From positions 11,162,001 through 11,226,000 of the forward strand of contig NC_087437.1 of NCBI RefSeq assembly GCF_036321535.1: a stretch of 64,000 bases of DNA. Direction: 5' to 3'. Made by a program: the position numbers and the translations under genes. Position 1 is the first letter of the stretch; each line of letters opens with the position of its first letter. Positions 37,810 through 49,863 of the stretch are shown piece by piece. The notes beneath the pieces were generated by a model, which saw only the letters and a program-made list of their open reading frames with translations, was not told the origin of the DNA and ran no database searches. The DNA is from Camelus dromedarius. Taxonomy: Eukaryota.

Positions 37810-40070
37810 AACATCATCAAGATGGTGAAGTCGGGACCCCAGCCTCTTCTTCCCACAAAAGGCTGACAATTAGATAGCTGTCTACCAACAAAAATAGCTC
37901 TGGGAGAGATCAGGAGTCCATTTAAGAAACTCCAGCATCACAGTGGAACAAAAAACCCAGGAAAAACTGCACAAAAAGGGAGGGAGGAACGGCTTCATTT
38001 TGCCAGCATCATCCTGTCCATCCCCCAGGCTGGCACTGCTCAGCACCCAGAGGGAACTCCCCACCCAAGAAGAGGTTCCCTTGCCAGGAGGGGGAAAGCT
38101 GGTAAGCCACGAGCTTCCCCAGTCTTTTGGGGAAGTGGACCCACTTTAGTTTCACCCTATTCAGAACCGGGCAAAACAGAGAGAGACGGCTGGGAACAAG
38201 GAAGAAAGGCAGAGGCCACCAGTATCAGTCACACCGTGGGAGCCACTGAGGTTCCCAGGGCCCTGGTCTGCAGAGGACACCAGAAGCTTTGACGCTAAGG
38301 GAACCAGTGGCTGGCACAGTCCCCATCGGCCCCTGATGATTTCACTGGTTTTCTCCCTCCAGCTGCTTGATGTCTTCCACTGCCCCTTCCTTGCCTCCCC
38401 ACTGCCACTGGAGCCTGGATCTGCTGATGGCCCTGGGGCAGCCCAAGTGCAAGACTCCAGCCTAGACCCCGGGGCTGACCTTACTGCTGTGTGCACACGT
38501 GGGGCTTGCGTCTTCAGCTGTGTACCTGTATGCTGCTGGCCTGACTCCCGTCACCAGCCCGTATGCCGTGTGTGTGCCCATGGTGTGTTCCTGCAGCCAT
38601 GGACGTGCACACGGAAAGCCAAGGCCCCCACAGTTGCTGTGGGCCTGGATTTGGCCCTGTTCCCAGTCACTGATCTGAGCCACTGGGCTCACCTGCAGCC
38701 GGCAGCCAGCCAGGGCCCCTGTAATTGACAGTGTGCCTGCAGTTGGCCCTGGACCTTGCTGCTGGTCCTGCCCTCACCCCTTCATGTGTGTCTCCGCCAC
38801 TACACAGGCACCTGTAGCTGGCTCGTAGAGCCTAGTGTGTGCACAGCCCTGGCTCTGCCTACCCTGGTCCTGGCCTCTGGACCTGGAAGTGCCACCGAGG
38901 ACCCCAGCAGCCCTTGCAGCCACTGCAGACCGCCCATAGCAGTTTCTGAGGACCACGCGGTTGTCGATGCTGTGGACCCCAGCACCGAGCCTGAGACAGC
39001 AGGCCCCGGACCTGGAGCTGCCACACGCCGCTACACTTGGCACCCTGACCGCTAGAGCCAGGGCCACAGCACATGCCAACACCCCCCTCCCCCAATTGCA
39101 GGTGAAGGTCTTTTCTTACCAAAGTCAGCTCACAAAGTCTAGAAGAGGTAATACTTCTTCAGATGCACAAACACCTACACAAGGGTCCAGGGATCACGAC
39201 AAATCAGGGAAACATGGTTCACCAAAGGGGTACAGTAACTGTGTTCCATAACTTCCAGTAACTGACCCCAAAGAAAGGTAGACACATGATTTGCGTGACA
39301 AGGAATTCAAAATAATTGTCTAAAGATTCCCAGAAGGCTAAAAGAAAACATAGGTAAGCAATTTAACAAAGTCAGGAAAACAATACAAGAACAAAACGAG
39401 AAGTTCAACAAGAGACAGAAAGCACGAAGAAGAACCAAACAGAAATTCTGGAGCTAAAGAATACAAACCGTGGAGACAGCCTATCTATCCCTCGATGGAT
39501 GAATGGATAAAGAAAATGTGAGATATATATATGTGTAAAAATATATAAAATGGAATAGTATTCAGCTATAAAAAGAGGGAAATCCTGTCTTGAGTGCATT
39601 ATGCTAAGTGAAATAAGTCAGACAGAGAATGACAAGTGCTGTGTGATCTTACTTATATGTGAAATTTAAAAACACTGATTTCGTAGAAACAAAGAGTAGA
39701 GTGGTGGTTGCTAAGGGCTGAGGGTGGGGGAAATGGGAAGGTGTTGGTGAAACGGGTAAGCTTTTAGTTATGAGATGAGTGAGTTCCAGGGATCTAATGT
39801 ACAGCATGGTGACTGTAGCTAACAATGTTGTATCACATGCTTGAAAGGTGCTGTGAGAGTAGAGCTTTAATCTTCTCACCATAACAACAGCAACAACATG
39901 GTAATTATGTGAGGTGAAGGATGTGTTAACTAACCTTATTGTGGTAAACATCTGATATATATATATGTGTGTGTGTGTATTAAATCATCACATGGTACAC
40001 TTTAAACTTACCCAGTGTTATATGTTAGGTATATCTCAATAAAGCTGGGGAAAAAAGAAATAAATAAAAA
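37810..40070 (+). mobile_element. Internally deleted L1: 5' UTR and ORF1 start joined to the 3' UTR
   Basis: Starts catcaagatgg; GC-rich 5' UTR; ORF1 motifs (gaattcaaaataa...gaaattctggagctaaagaatacaa); jumps at ~39470 to the 3' end (gatgaatggataaagaaaatgtg...atatctcaataaagctgggg). Confidence 0.8.
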
Positions 40071-40622
40071 TGGTAATGCAACTTTAGGTTCCATTTTTAA
40101 AGGTGAAACATCTTTTTTTTATCTTTAATAACATTGCTTTGTATGTCTTTTACTGAGAAATATTTGTTCATACCCTGGGCCCTTATTTTGTTGGAGTGTG
40201 ATGTTAAATCTTTTTCATGTTGATTTGTGAGAGTTTTATATGTATTGCCACTTTGCTGTTGCTTTGTGTATGTTTTCCTAGTTGTGATCTGAAATTTTGT
40301 GTATGGTTACTTTTGCCTCCTTAGATGCTTAAAATTTTAACTGGTAGTCAAATCTGTGAATATTTTGTGTCATGTTTAAAAATGTCCTTCCCCTCCAAGA
40401 TCATAAAATATTCTGCTATATTTTCTTCTAGTGTTTTTATTTTATTTTTCTATTGAAATCTTTTATTCACTTGAACTTTATTTTCACTTACGTGTCATAC
40501 AAGGCTCTGTCTGTGTTCTCTTCTGAATGGGTAACCAGTTGCTCCAACGTCATTAGGATTTTTGTGCCTAGGGAATATTTTGAGGTTCTTTTGTACTTCC
40601 TGTTTGTATGCTCCTGTGTCAG

Positions 40623-40709
40623 ATATAGTAAGGGGACTGTGCTAGCCTTGAAAAATGACAGGGGATTTTTATGGAAGAAACAAAGGAAAATTTGCTCTGG
40701 AACAGAGTG
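40623..40709 (+). pseudogene. Fossil exon 4
   Basis: Acceptor ttcctgtttgtatgctcctgtgtcag; 87 nt; I**GDCASLEK*QGIFMEETKENLLWNRV in phase 0; donor GTG|GTATGG. Frame uncertain, because the phase-2 frame is open. Confidence 0.45.
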
Positions 40710-42067
40710 GTATGGTGTAAATGTCACATACCTCAACTCTTCTTAAAATCCGTGGTATCCCCGTGTTCTCAACATAAGCCAGACTTTTCTGGCTGCGCTT
40801 CCAGGCCCTTTATCCCTGGGCCCCTTTTCTCGGAAGCCTCATCTCTCTGCCCCCTGCCTTGCTCCTTCCTCCCACCAGCGTAGGAAGCATTGTGAGGGGT
40901 TTTTGTGGTGTTTGCTTTCTGCTGTACCTCCAGCACCTAGAACTGACACCTGGCACATCGTAGGTGCTGGTGAATATTTGTTGCAGGACAAACTTGCAAT
41001 TCCTGGGGAAAAAACAAAACACTGAGCCCTCCAGACTTCCGCATGAGCTCTTCTCGCTCCTAGGCACCTTCTCCTCACACTCTGTGCTTAGATAAAGCTA
41101 CGTGTCCTTTGGGACTTAGATCTCAGCTATTCTGGGGAAATCCTCTCAAGCCTGGGCTGGGTACCCATGGAACATGTCTAGCGTGGTGCTAATCACGCTG
41201 GTTTTATATGTGTTCACTTGTGTAACGGAAAGCTGAGAGGATCTTCCTGTCTAAAACTAGCAACCGGGTCCAATGTGGGTTTGCAAGTAATTCTTTCGCA
41301 GCATAAGGAGGGCTCCCAACAGTTGGGCCTCATAAGCCTCCAGGGCTTGTTGAGGGACAGCTAACTGGAAGTGCTACCACCAAGCACGGGTCTCCAGGTG
41401 CTCAGGGACCTGGAAGGGCAGAGGGGCTTCATTTTTAGACTTGGGGTTGTCAGCCCCGGAGGCAGTGCTGTGGCTCTCCCATCTTTTCCCACGGGTGCTC
41501 TCTTCCCTTCAGAAGCCACATAAAGATGCAGTTCCCAGAGGTCCCAACTCAGCGATTGGAGGCACCTGCAAGAACAGGAAGCTGGCATCCGTTCCCCGGA
41601 GGCGGTACTGCCGAGGCAGCAGGTCAGGACTTGGTGGCGGGCCTGGGCCTACCTGAGCAGGGAAAGGAGACCTGGAGAGAGACAATAGTGTGGCTTGAAG
41701 CCGCTTGCTGGTGGCCAGGGTGAGAGGACTGTCAGCCGGGTGTGGGACACCGGCAGGAAGCTGCTGTGGGACACTGTCGGGGGCAAGGACTGAGACGGGG
41801 TCTGAAAGAGAGTGAGCTAGGGCTGGGTGTCCCATCAGGAGCCCTGTAGGGCAGAGGCCCTCCCATGCTAAAGGACGTGCCCCTTGAGATGTGGAGCATC
41901 AGTTGTAAGAGATTCTTTTCTCTTTCTTCATCCTCCCCATCCCAGCACTCGGGTGGGAGAGAAAGAAGGTGCCCCAAAAGCTGTACCACCTCTCCTCTGC
42001 CCCTCACAGTCAGTCCTGCCTCGGGGGGAAGAGAGGCACCATTTATATTGGAGTTTTAAAGTGGGAT

Positions 42068-42190
42068 TTTTTTCTTTTCTTTTCTTTTCTTTTCTTTTCT
42101 TTTCTTTTCTTTTCTTTTCTCTTTCTCCCTTCCTCTTTCTTTCCTTCCTTCTTTCCCTTCCTTCCTTCCTTTCTTTCTTCCTTCCTTTCC
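42068..42190. repeat. (TTTTC)n / (TTCC)n microsatellite grown from an L1 poly-A tail
   Basis: Direct reading of tandem units. Confidence 0.95.
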
Positions 42191-42253
42191 TGAATTATAT
42201 TTGGTTTACAATGTTGTATCAATTTCTGATGTACAGTATAATGTTTTTGTCAT

Positions 42254-42289
<36 letters not shown>

Positions 42290-42709
42290 TCCTTTTCAGA
42301 TTCTTTTTCATTATAGGTCACTACAAGGTACTGAATATAGTTCCCTGTGCTCTACAGTACAAACTTGTTGTTTATCCATTTTATATATATGGGTCAGTAT
42401 CTACAAATCTTGATCTCCCGGTTTCCCACCCTCTTCCCCTAGTAACCATATGTTTGTTTTCTATGTCTGTGAGTCTGTTTCTATTTTGTAAGTAAGTTCA
42501 TTTGTGTCTTTTTTTTTTTTGATTCCACATATAAGTGATATCATATGGTATTTGTCTTTCTCTTTCTGTCTTACTTCACTTAGAATGACGATCTCCGGGT
42601 CCATCCGTGTTGCTGCAAGTGGCATTGTTTTGTTCTTTTTTATGGCTGATAGTATTTCATTGTATAAATATACCACAACTTCTTTATGTAGTCATCTGTT
42701 GATGGAACA
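42190..42709 (-). mobile_element. 5'-truncated L1 3' end with internal (TA)n
   Basis: Same family as the 15.1 and 18.6 kb copies; imperfect TSD tttaaagtgggatttt / tttaaaatggaatttt. Confidence 0.9.
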
Positions 42710-44378
42710 TTTAAAATGGAATTTTAATAGCTGAGAATGATCAGAAAGCTATGAGATCTGCCCGACATGTTGTGATGGGAAAGAGCACTGCGACATAACA
42801 CAGTGGGGGAGAGCGTTTGGAAAACAAGAAAGCCATTTCATCTTTGTACTCTGCTTGGCCCACACTTACCAGTGAACTGATTCTACTTGTTCTCACACTT
42901 GTGTCTCTCTTGCTGTGGTCTGTAGGCTTCTGGAGGGCAAGACCTTATGGCCCCAGCACCTACTAACCTACTACATAGTAAGTAGTCAACAAATATTTGT
43001 GGGATGAGTGAATAAATAAATGAATGCACAAATGAATATAGCAGCATGGCAAAGGGAAGTGAGTAACCTGTGTAATTAATTATTTTTCATAATGATATAC
43101 TAAAACTTATTATTGAGGGATGAATTGGTGTGGGTTCAATCAAGAGAGAGAAACCATATAGCAATTTGAATAGGGAAACTTTAGTATAAAGAATTATTAC
43201 TATAACAGAGGATTGTGCAACGAGAGATCGGCTGATAGGAAGTAGAGAGACCTCTAAACAACGCAGGACTAGCAGATACAAGGAGCAGCCCCCACCCCGG
43301 GGCTGAGGCCCTGTGACTGAGGATGGGCCACCCACCCGGGCCTGAGCTCCAGACCTGGTCGGGGAGGCTGTGGCTCACAAAACGGTTGAGAGACTGGGGC
43401 CTCCCTGTTGGAACCTGCTGGAAATCTGCCCTCTAGGTGCCTGGCAGAGCTGCTCAGGGGAGGTTCACGGAAAGCACGCAGCTACAAAAGTGCTGAGGGG
43501 CTGCCGGGGGACCCGGCTGCTGGGTGCTGCAGGTCGGCCTTCAGCGTGGGAGTTGGGTGCTGGGAGTCAGCTGTACCGCAGGAGCGAGAGGCTGGAAGAG
43601 CTGCCCCTGCGGCCGGAATCAGACCCTGGAACCGCACCAGAACCAGGGAGGAACGCACCTTCCTCCTGCTACCTCTCCAGTGCCCTCTACACACAAAACT
43701 TAACATCCAGCCAGCAAGATGTTAAAGGGCCCAGATTCATTTTCACAGAGCAGGAAGGGAAGAGTGAATTTCCAGCTGAGAGGCAATACACTGATAACCA
43801 ATGCAAGGGGGAGTTTATACATACACATTTTGCTGGCTCGCCCTCTGAAGCAGAAGCTTGTGAACATTTCTTTTTTGTCTTGTAGTTGAGATCACAGACG
43901 GTACTTTTTGGCAATGTCTGCACTTCCTAATTTCCTGAATTCTAAAGGCAACTTTCTCTTACCTTTATTCCCCTAGCCCCAGTGTTTTTTTTTTAAGCTT
44001 CTAATCTCCAGTATTAAATCTCTTCCTGTTCAAAATATCTAGAGTGATTTCCACTTTCCTGAATTAAATCATTACTGACAAATGTGTAACTTTACTTTTG
44101 TTAATTACTAGGATTGTACATTGTGAGGCGGGAGGAAGTTCTGTAGTTACATGCAAAATTTTACATCCTTCCCTTTAGGTCAGGTCCTCAGCCATCTCTT
44201 TTCTTGCCTTGAAAACCACTTCCCCTCCTTCCTGTAGAGTGAAAACCACGACAGTTGACTGAGCTCTTTTGAAACACTCTGTAATTTCCAAAGCACGTTC
44301 ACGTGTTATCTCATTTGATCCTCAAAATAGCCCTATTGACAGAGGCAGGAAGGCAATAATTCATGTGCCCATCCATCC

Positions 44379-44852
44379 TGTCGACTGAAAATAAATGCAC
44401 AACGTGAGAGTTGTGAGTTATGTTTTCTTTAGGGCAAAATGAAGACTGTAGTCTGGGAGACAGCCTCTCAGAAAGCTCTGAGGAACTCTGAAGACAGAAG
44501 CAGGGAGGTCAGTGTGTATATGATTTTGGTGAAGGGGAAGGGTAGCGTGCAGTCAGGTACACATTTGGCAGAAAGTTGCTGCTAGTCACGAGGAGCAGAT
44601 GTCTCCATTCATGATTTTAGTGCTTTTCTAGACACGAGAAGATGAAAGAATTTGGGCTCGTAAAATCTTCTCCTTCTAAAAATATCTAACTATCTGAAGA
44701 CCTGTTCTGCCAGTTTTTCCCGGAGCCCAGAGCGCCTCACTCCTGATCTCCACCCTGAACTCCTTTCAGGAAGTGCTGGAGGTCAGCGGCGGCAGCGGCT
44801 CGTGACTCCATCCTTGTAGAGGCAGATGGCGAGGGGCAGTTTCTAGCTGGCA
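44379..44852 (-). mobile_element. MER41-like ERV1 solo LTR
   Basis: TG...CA termini; minus strand begins tgccagctagaaactgcccctcgccatctgcctctacaagg, resembling cetartiodactyl MER41. Confidence 0.7.
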
Positions 44853-45499
44853 GTCTATCTGCTCAAGAAATACTTATTGAGCCAGCTCAGTGTGCTCCGC
44901 ATTAAGGTAACGGACATGAAAGATACCATCTTTGCCTTCCAGAATGTGCCTTGCAGAGGAAACTAGACAAGTGTGTTCTTCGACCCCCTTAAGCACATTT
45001 TCAGTGGTGTTCATAGAGCCTGACCTAGGCAAAGTTGAGTTTGGAGGAAATTGAGCTTTATTTGTAAAGCTTTTGGATTGGTTAAAAAAAAAAAAGGCAC
45101 GAAATTACATGTGACTCACCGTCACCCTGTACCCGGGCATTGTGACCCCCATAATATAGCTGGGTAGACTGAGGCTCCAGAGGGATGAAATTTACTCAGT
45201 GACACACAACTAAGGTGAAATGGCAAGGCCTGGGTTAGAACCTGGCCTGTTTCTGCAGGTTTTGAAGACATGTTCTGTGATGGCACAGTAAGTCTTAGAT
45301 GTGCAAAGCTTTTTTTTTTTTTTTTTTTTTTTGATATGGGATCTCTGAAACAGGCAAATAAGTTACAAGTGACTTTGGTTTTCTGTGTTACTTTTTGGTC
45401 TCTCATTGTTCCTCTTTTTCCTATTTTTGGCATGGTTACCTGCACTTGGCTTCTCATCTGCCTACACGAAGGTTGCGGAAAGCTTATCCCCTTCCTCAG

Positions 45500-45556
45500 G
45501 TTTGACTCAGTTGAGCTGAGATCCTTTGTCAGACTGCAGGCCTAATGGCCTACCAA
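45500..45556 (+). pseudogene. Fossil exon 5
   Basis: Acceptor ttatccccttcctcag; 57 nt; V*LS*AEILCQTAGLMAYQ; donor CAA|ATACGT (G+1 to A inferred). Confidence 0.4.
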
Positions 45557-46809
45557 ATACGTTTCTGCTTAGGATCCTCTCTACTGCAGAATTTAAGACA
45601 CTCTGAGCTTGTCTTGAAATACATACATATAGAAATGTAGAAATGCATGGAGATACTTTTATGACTGTGAAAAGAAATCGGGCCTAAATTAGCCTTTGCT
45701 GGCTTATGTGAACAGGAAAACACTTGAGAACAGAATAAACTGTTGTTAATCTAGCGAAACACACAGAAAGTGTTATGTTTTCTGAACAAGGCTTTCTCCT
45801 TGGTGTCAAGTAGATACTGAGTGCATTTCTTTTCAAAAAAAAATTGCTAAGAAAAGACAAGAACCCTCCCTTTGCCCGCTGAATGCAAAGTCTGCAGACT
45901 GGAATTTTGCCTAAGCAGCCTTGGTGTCTAAGCTTTCGTACAGTCCGTGGTGTTGGCTTCTTCCGAGGCCTCATCTTAATCTTCATGGGTTTCTGGAAAC
46001 TGAAGCTTTGCCCAGGCTGAGGCGAGCGACTCTCCCCTTTCAAACGTTAATTTATTTCTTATTTTGAGTGACTGTTTCCAAACATAGACCACTTTCTGTG
46101 CTGCTTGTCCTCATACAAGGGATTATAATTCCCTCAGAGAGGATTTTACATGAAAATGTCCATATGTTGTAGTTTTAGAAAAAAAAAATATTTTGAGCAG
46201 TGAGCTGAGACTGGGTTATCGCCAAGTCCTTGTGCAGTCTGAGAATTCCACTTAAAATACAGCCAGTACAGGCAGTAATCAGGAGGGCTACACGTGTGGG
46301 CTCTGTTGTCAGTCTTTTTTTTGTTAATTTTTTAAAAATTAATCTTTACCAAGTTACCTTTCCTCCCTGAGACATAGTTGCAGTGTCTGAAAAAAGAGTA
46401 ATCGAATGACTGCATTCTGTTGATTCTTACTTTGTGGTTGGCTTTATTCCTTTGATAACTATGTAAGTTTAAAAAGCTAAAGCTCTAAACCGTTCTTAGA
46501 AACAATGATCAGGACATATACGTAAATTTAAAAATGTGTGCAGTATATTGTATATATGTATTTACATGCAATATATTGTATAGTTGCCATCAAATTGTAA
46601 CAATTCTACCTAGTAAAACTGAAAAATGAAAAAAAAGATTAAAAAGTAAAAGTTCTAGCCTCACACGCACACACACAAAGAAAGTAAGTGGTGTCTCCTG
46701 TTGGTCTTGTTGATCTAGGTTTCACCGTGGGGTAAAAATTATTTTACAAATTAAATGGCTTTTTAGCACCTTCCCCTGCCCTCCATGTGAAAAGTATCCT
46801 TGGCTAGTA

Positions 46810-47175
46810 CCTGTTTGCCTTCCCAGACAGGCTCCTTGTTCCTCTCCGCCCTGCTCTGCCCTGCACGGCTGACAGTCGGGAACTTGGAGGGCTTGGTTGG
46901 GTTCAGTTGATGGGAAGCACCAGGGAGATTTGCAGGGTGGAGGGAAGTGAGGTCAGGGTGGTTTTTTCCTGCCCTTCTCTCTGGATTCTGATAACTGCTT
47001 TCTTCCCTTGCCCCTCTAGGTGTAGTAAAGGTGTCTCCGGCTAATCTGGGCTACTTACCCTTTCTTAGTTTCCCTTTATTGGTGGGGCGATTAGGATTGA
47101 TGTCCATCTTTGTAAATAGTGCCTTTGTTAAACTCTGCTCTGCTACTCCCTGGAAGGGACCAGCTTCCCGCTGGG
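46810..47175 (+). mobile_element. ERVL LTR (LTR33-like)
   Basis: ctctccgccctgctctg...ttggttgggttc...gggaagcaccagggagat...gtgaggtcagggt...gtaaatagtgcctttgttaaactct. Confidence 0.6.
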
Positions 47176-47620
47176 AGCGTGGCTGATGGAAGGAGTCCAG
47201 AGCATGCTTTCTCCAGTCCAGGTGTGAGTCCCGCTGAAACAGGGGACCTCCTGCCTTCCTTCTCTGTTCCTCCCTGAAGGTCGGGAATGAACTGCATCCA
47301 GTCCATCCCTGGTGCCTGCTCGTCCAGAGCCTGATGTGACCCCAGCCCACACTGGTGGTGTGGTCACCTCCACAAGGGACTTTAGTGGTGGGGGAGGACA
47401 GAGATTCTGCCCAAGAACCAGGGACCAGACTCACAGTGGCATTCTGCCCTCCTGGGTCTCTGGCCCTTGGGCGTCCAGGGCACATCAGTGACTCGGGCCT
47501 GACCCACGCCAGCTGCCCAGCTTGTGGTGTTCTTCCTCTGTCTCACACACTCTGCCGTCTCCCCCTGTGCAGGCCTGCAGGGCCGGGATGACTGTGACGC
47601 GTGCCCTTTCTGGTTCTCAG

Positions 47621-47920
47621 CCCTGCTTTGTGCAGAACCAGCCCAGCCTCTCCTGGAAATTCTTTACATGTTCCACAGAGCCCCTGGATAGAACTGTGAT
47701 GCAGTACAATTGGTTTCTTCTATCTTATGCATTTAAAACATAATTCTAAGAAGATGTCTGTAGACTCCATGAAACTGCTGAAAGGGGCCATGGCACAGAC
47801 GACCATAACCTGCTCCCTAGTGGGCAGCATCCGCATCGGATGAGAAACCTCTCCTTCTGGAGAGACAACGTGGGCCTGGGCATACTGCGCAGGATGGTTC
47901 GATGAGATGATAAATGGAAA
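47621..47920 (+). pseudogene. Fossil exon 6
   Basis: Acceptor ccctttctggttctcag; 300 nt; PCFVQNQPSLSWKFFTCSTEPLDRTVMQYNWFLLSYAFKT*F*EDVCRLHETAERGHGTDDHNLLPSGQHPHRMRNLSFWRDNVGLGILRRMVR*DDKWK; donor weak, so 3' end uncertain. Confidence 0.55.
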
Positions 47921-49114
47921 GTGCTCGGTTTCCACTTGCTCACCGTCACTGGCTTGTGCTGTAACCTAGTATCTTACAAATTAGACACACCTCAGCTTCT
48001 CCATCCTATTCAAAGAAATAGTCTCCGCCAAGTGTCAGAAAATAGGAAAAAAGATCCTTTTCCTTCCCCAATTTTTCCCAGCTTCCCCCTCCACACACTG
48101 ATATACCCCCGCCAGGGATTCTTTGGTTTCCAGGAGTGGGTCGGTATTTACATTGTCTCTCCTCTCCTTTCTCAGTCCCGACATATGATCCCCAACCTCC
48201 ATCCCTGCCCTGTCTTCCAAGACCCAAGCTCACATCTGCCAGAAGCCAAGTGAGTAAGACACCTGACCATGAGACTGGGCTTGCAAGTTAATCTTGCTGT
48301 CATGCATTGGTGCCTGCTCTGTGCTTGTTATGAAACACCTGATCCAGGTTTGATTATTGCAGTTTTATCCATCTGAATTAAGCTGCCATGGAATGTACTG
48401 TATTTCTGACTTCTTATTTCAAGCCAGAATGAGATTCTAAAAAGTTGATGAAATATACTCAGAAGAAAACTGATCAGTAGCTTAGGAGAGAGGATAATGA
48501 GTTAATAAAAGAAGGAGACAAAGGAGAGGAGAGGAAATTGATTTCAACTTGAGTTAGACAAGGAATAGAAAAAACACATTTTGAGCCTTGAGTAAGTTTG
48601 TCTGTTTAGAATTTTTGTAGTAATTATAGTCTTGAGTTTTGTTTCCTAGAAGTTAAAGGATGGATTGAACAATGTATTATGAATCAAGAAAAGGTAAACA
48701 GAGTATTGTTTGGATAGTTGATACTTTAGGAAGCTGATTTTTGTTGTTTTAAACTTGGTCTGAAGCACATTTCTTACGAGTGAATAAGAGACCTGTGGGG
48801 ATTGGTGGAACATATCTGAAAAGTGTTTTGTCCTTAGAGCAAAGCCTTTTATTGGTGGAGAGATTAGGATTGATGTCCTTTATGTAAAATTTTAGCTTGG
48901 ACCCATTATATTAATATTGTCCTGAGAATCCATCATGCTGGAATCTCCAGTAGCTTTTACGTAAGGAATGTTAGGGCTTAATGAGCTTTTGACAAACCTG
49001 GCAGCTTTCAGAGGTTCAGTACCCCTTAGCCCTTCGGAATCTGGGCAGCACTGAGTCCATCCGCTCAGAGAATTTCCAGCCTGCAGTAAGATTTTTCATG
49101 CTTTACTTTGAGCT

Positions 49115-49370
49115 CCACAGTATAGTGACACATGTGTGGACTTTGGCATTAATGAACTTGGGTTCAGACGCTGGTTCTGCCACTTACCAGCTGTGTGATC
49201 TAAGAGGTTTACTTAAGCTCCTTGAGCCTTTGTTTAGACATTTGCAATAAGGGGATAAATAATGGCAACCTTGAAGCCTCTTTTTAAGGGTAAGAATTAA
49301 TGAAAGTCAAGCTCTTCCTATGATGCCTGGCACAGAGTCAGCACTGAATATATGGTAGAAGTCATTAAGA
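49115..49370 (+). mobile_element. MIR SINE
   Basis: tgggttcagacgctggttctgccacttaccagctgtgtga...cttaagctccttgagcct...tgcctggcacagag. Confidence 0.75.
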
Positions 49371-49521
49371 TTATCTTTATCTCCTGTTTCTCTACAATTT
49401 TTTCAACATTTAAATGTGTCTCTAAAAGGAACAAACACTGTGAGGACCAGGTTCTAGGTACACAGCTGGCAGAGAATGAATAATTGTTGAATTGGATTGG
49501 ATGCGTTCCTTCCATTTTCAG

Positions 49522-49662
49522 GTGATCTCCAGCATCCCATCTAATGTCAACTTGTAAGAGTCTATGGATTGCCCCTTACGGACAAGTGGTGTTGCTTTTG
49601 GCAGCGGGAGTGTTGTGTGTGCAACCTTGTTTATGAGTACAGATCTGTCTGCAAGTTTCTGG
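49522..49662 (+). pseudogene. Fossil exon 7 (Cys cluster)
   Basis: Acceptor ttccttccattttcag; VISSIPSNVNL*ESMD, inferred 1-nt frameshift at ~49570, then PLTDKWCCFWQRECCVCNLVYEY; donor position uncertain (49636-49662). Confidence 0.5.
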
Positions 49663-49863
49663 GTGGGAGGAGGTCGGGTCGCCAAGGACAGGATGGGGTT
49701 GTCTTTCAGGAGAGTGTTTCGTCCTGAGCTCTCTTCTCTAAGGCTTCTGACACTGTTCCTCTGAGCCTGACCCGAGGAGGCTGCTGGGAGAGGCCGTGGG
49801 AGGGATCTTGAAGACTTTTCTGCCTCTGAACAGGGAATGTGTTTCACAAAGGGAGTAGATTCT

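Noticed and set aside
38161..39251. Cluster of overlapping GC-rich ORFs
   Set aside because: Lies in an L1 5' UTR.
41884..42495. 203-aa Phe-rich ORF
   Set aside because: Translation of microsatellites and an antisense L1 tail.
36375..47711. Alternative exon chain in another frame (EVNPRW...RYSKGTVLALKNDRG...WFDSVELR...)
   Set aside because: Also phase-compatible and has fewer stops in exon 4, but does not join exon 2 and truncates exons 3 and 6; only homology can settle the frame.
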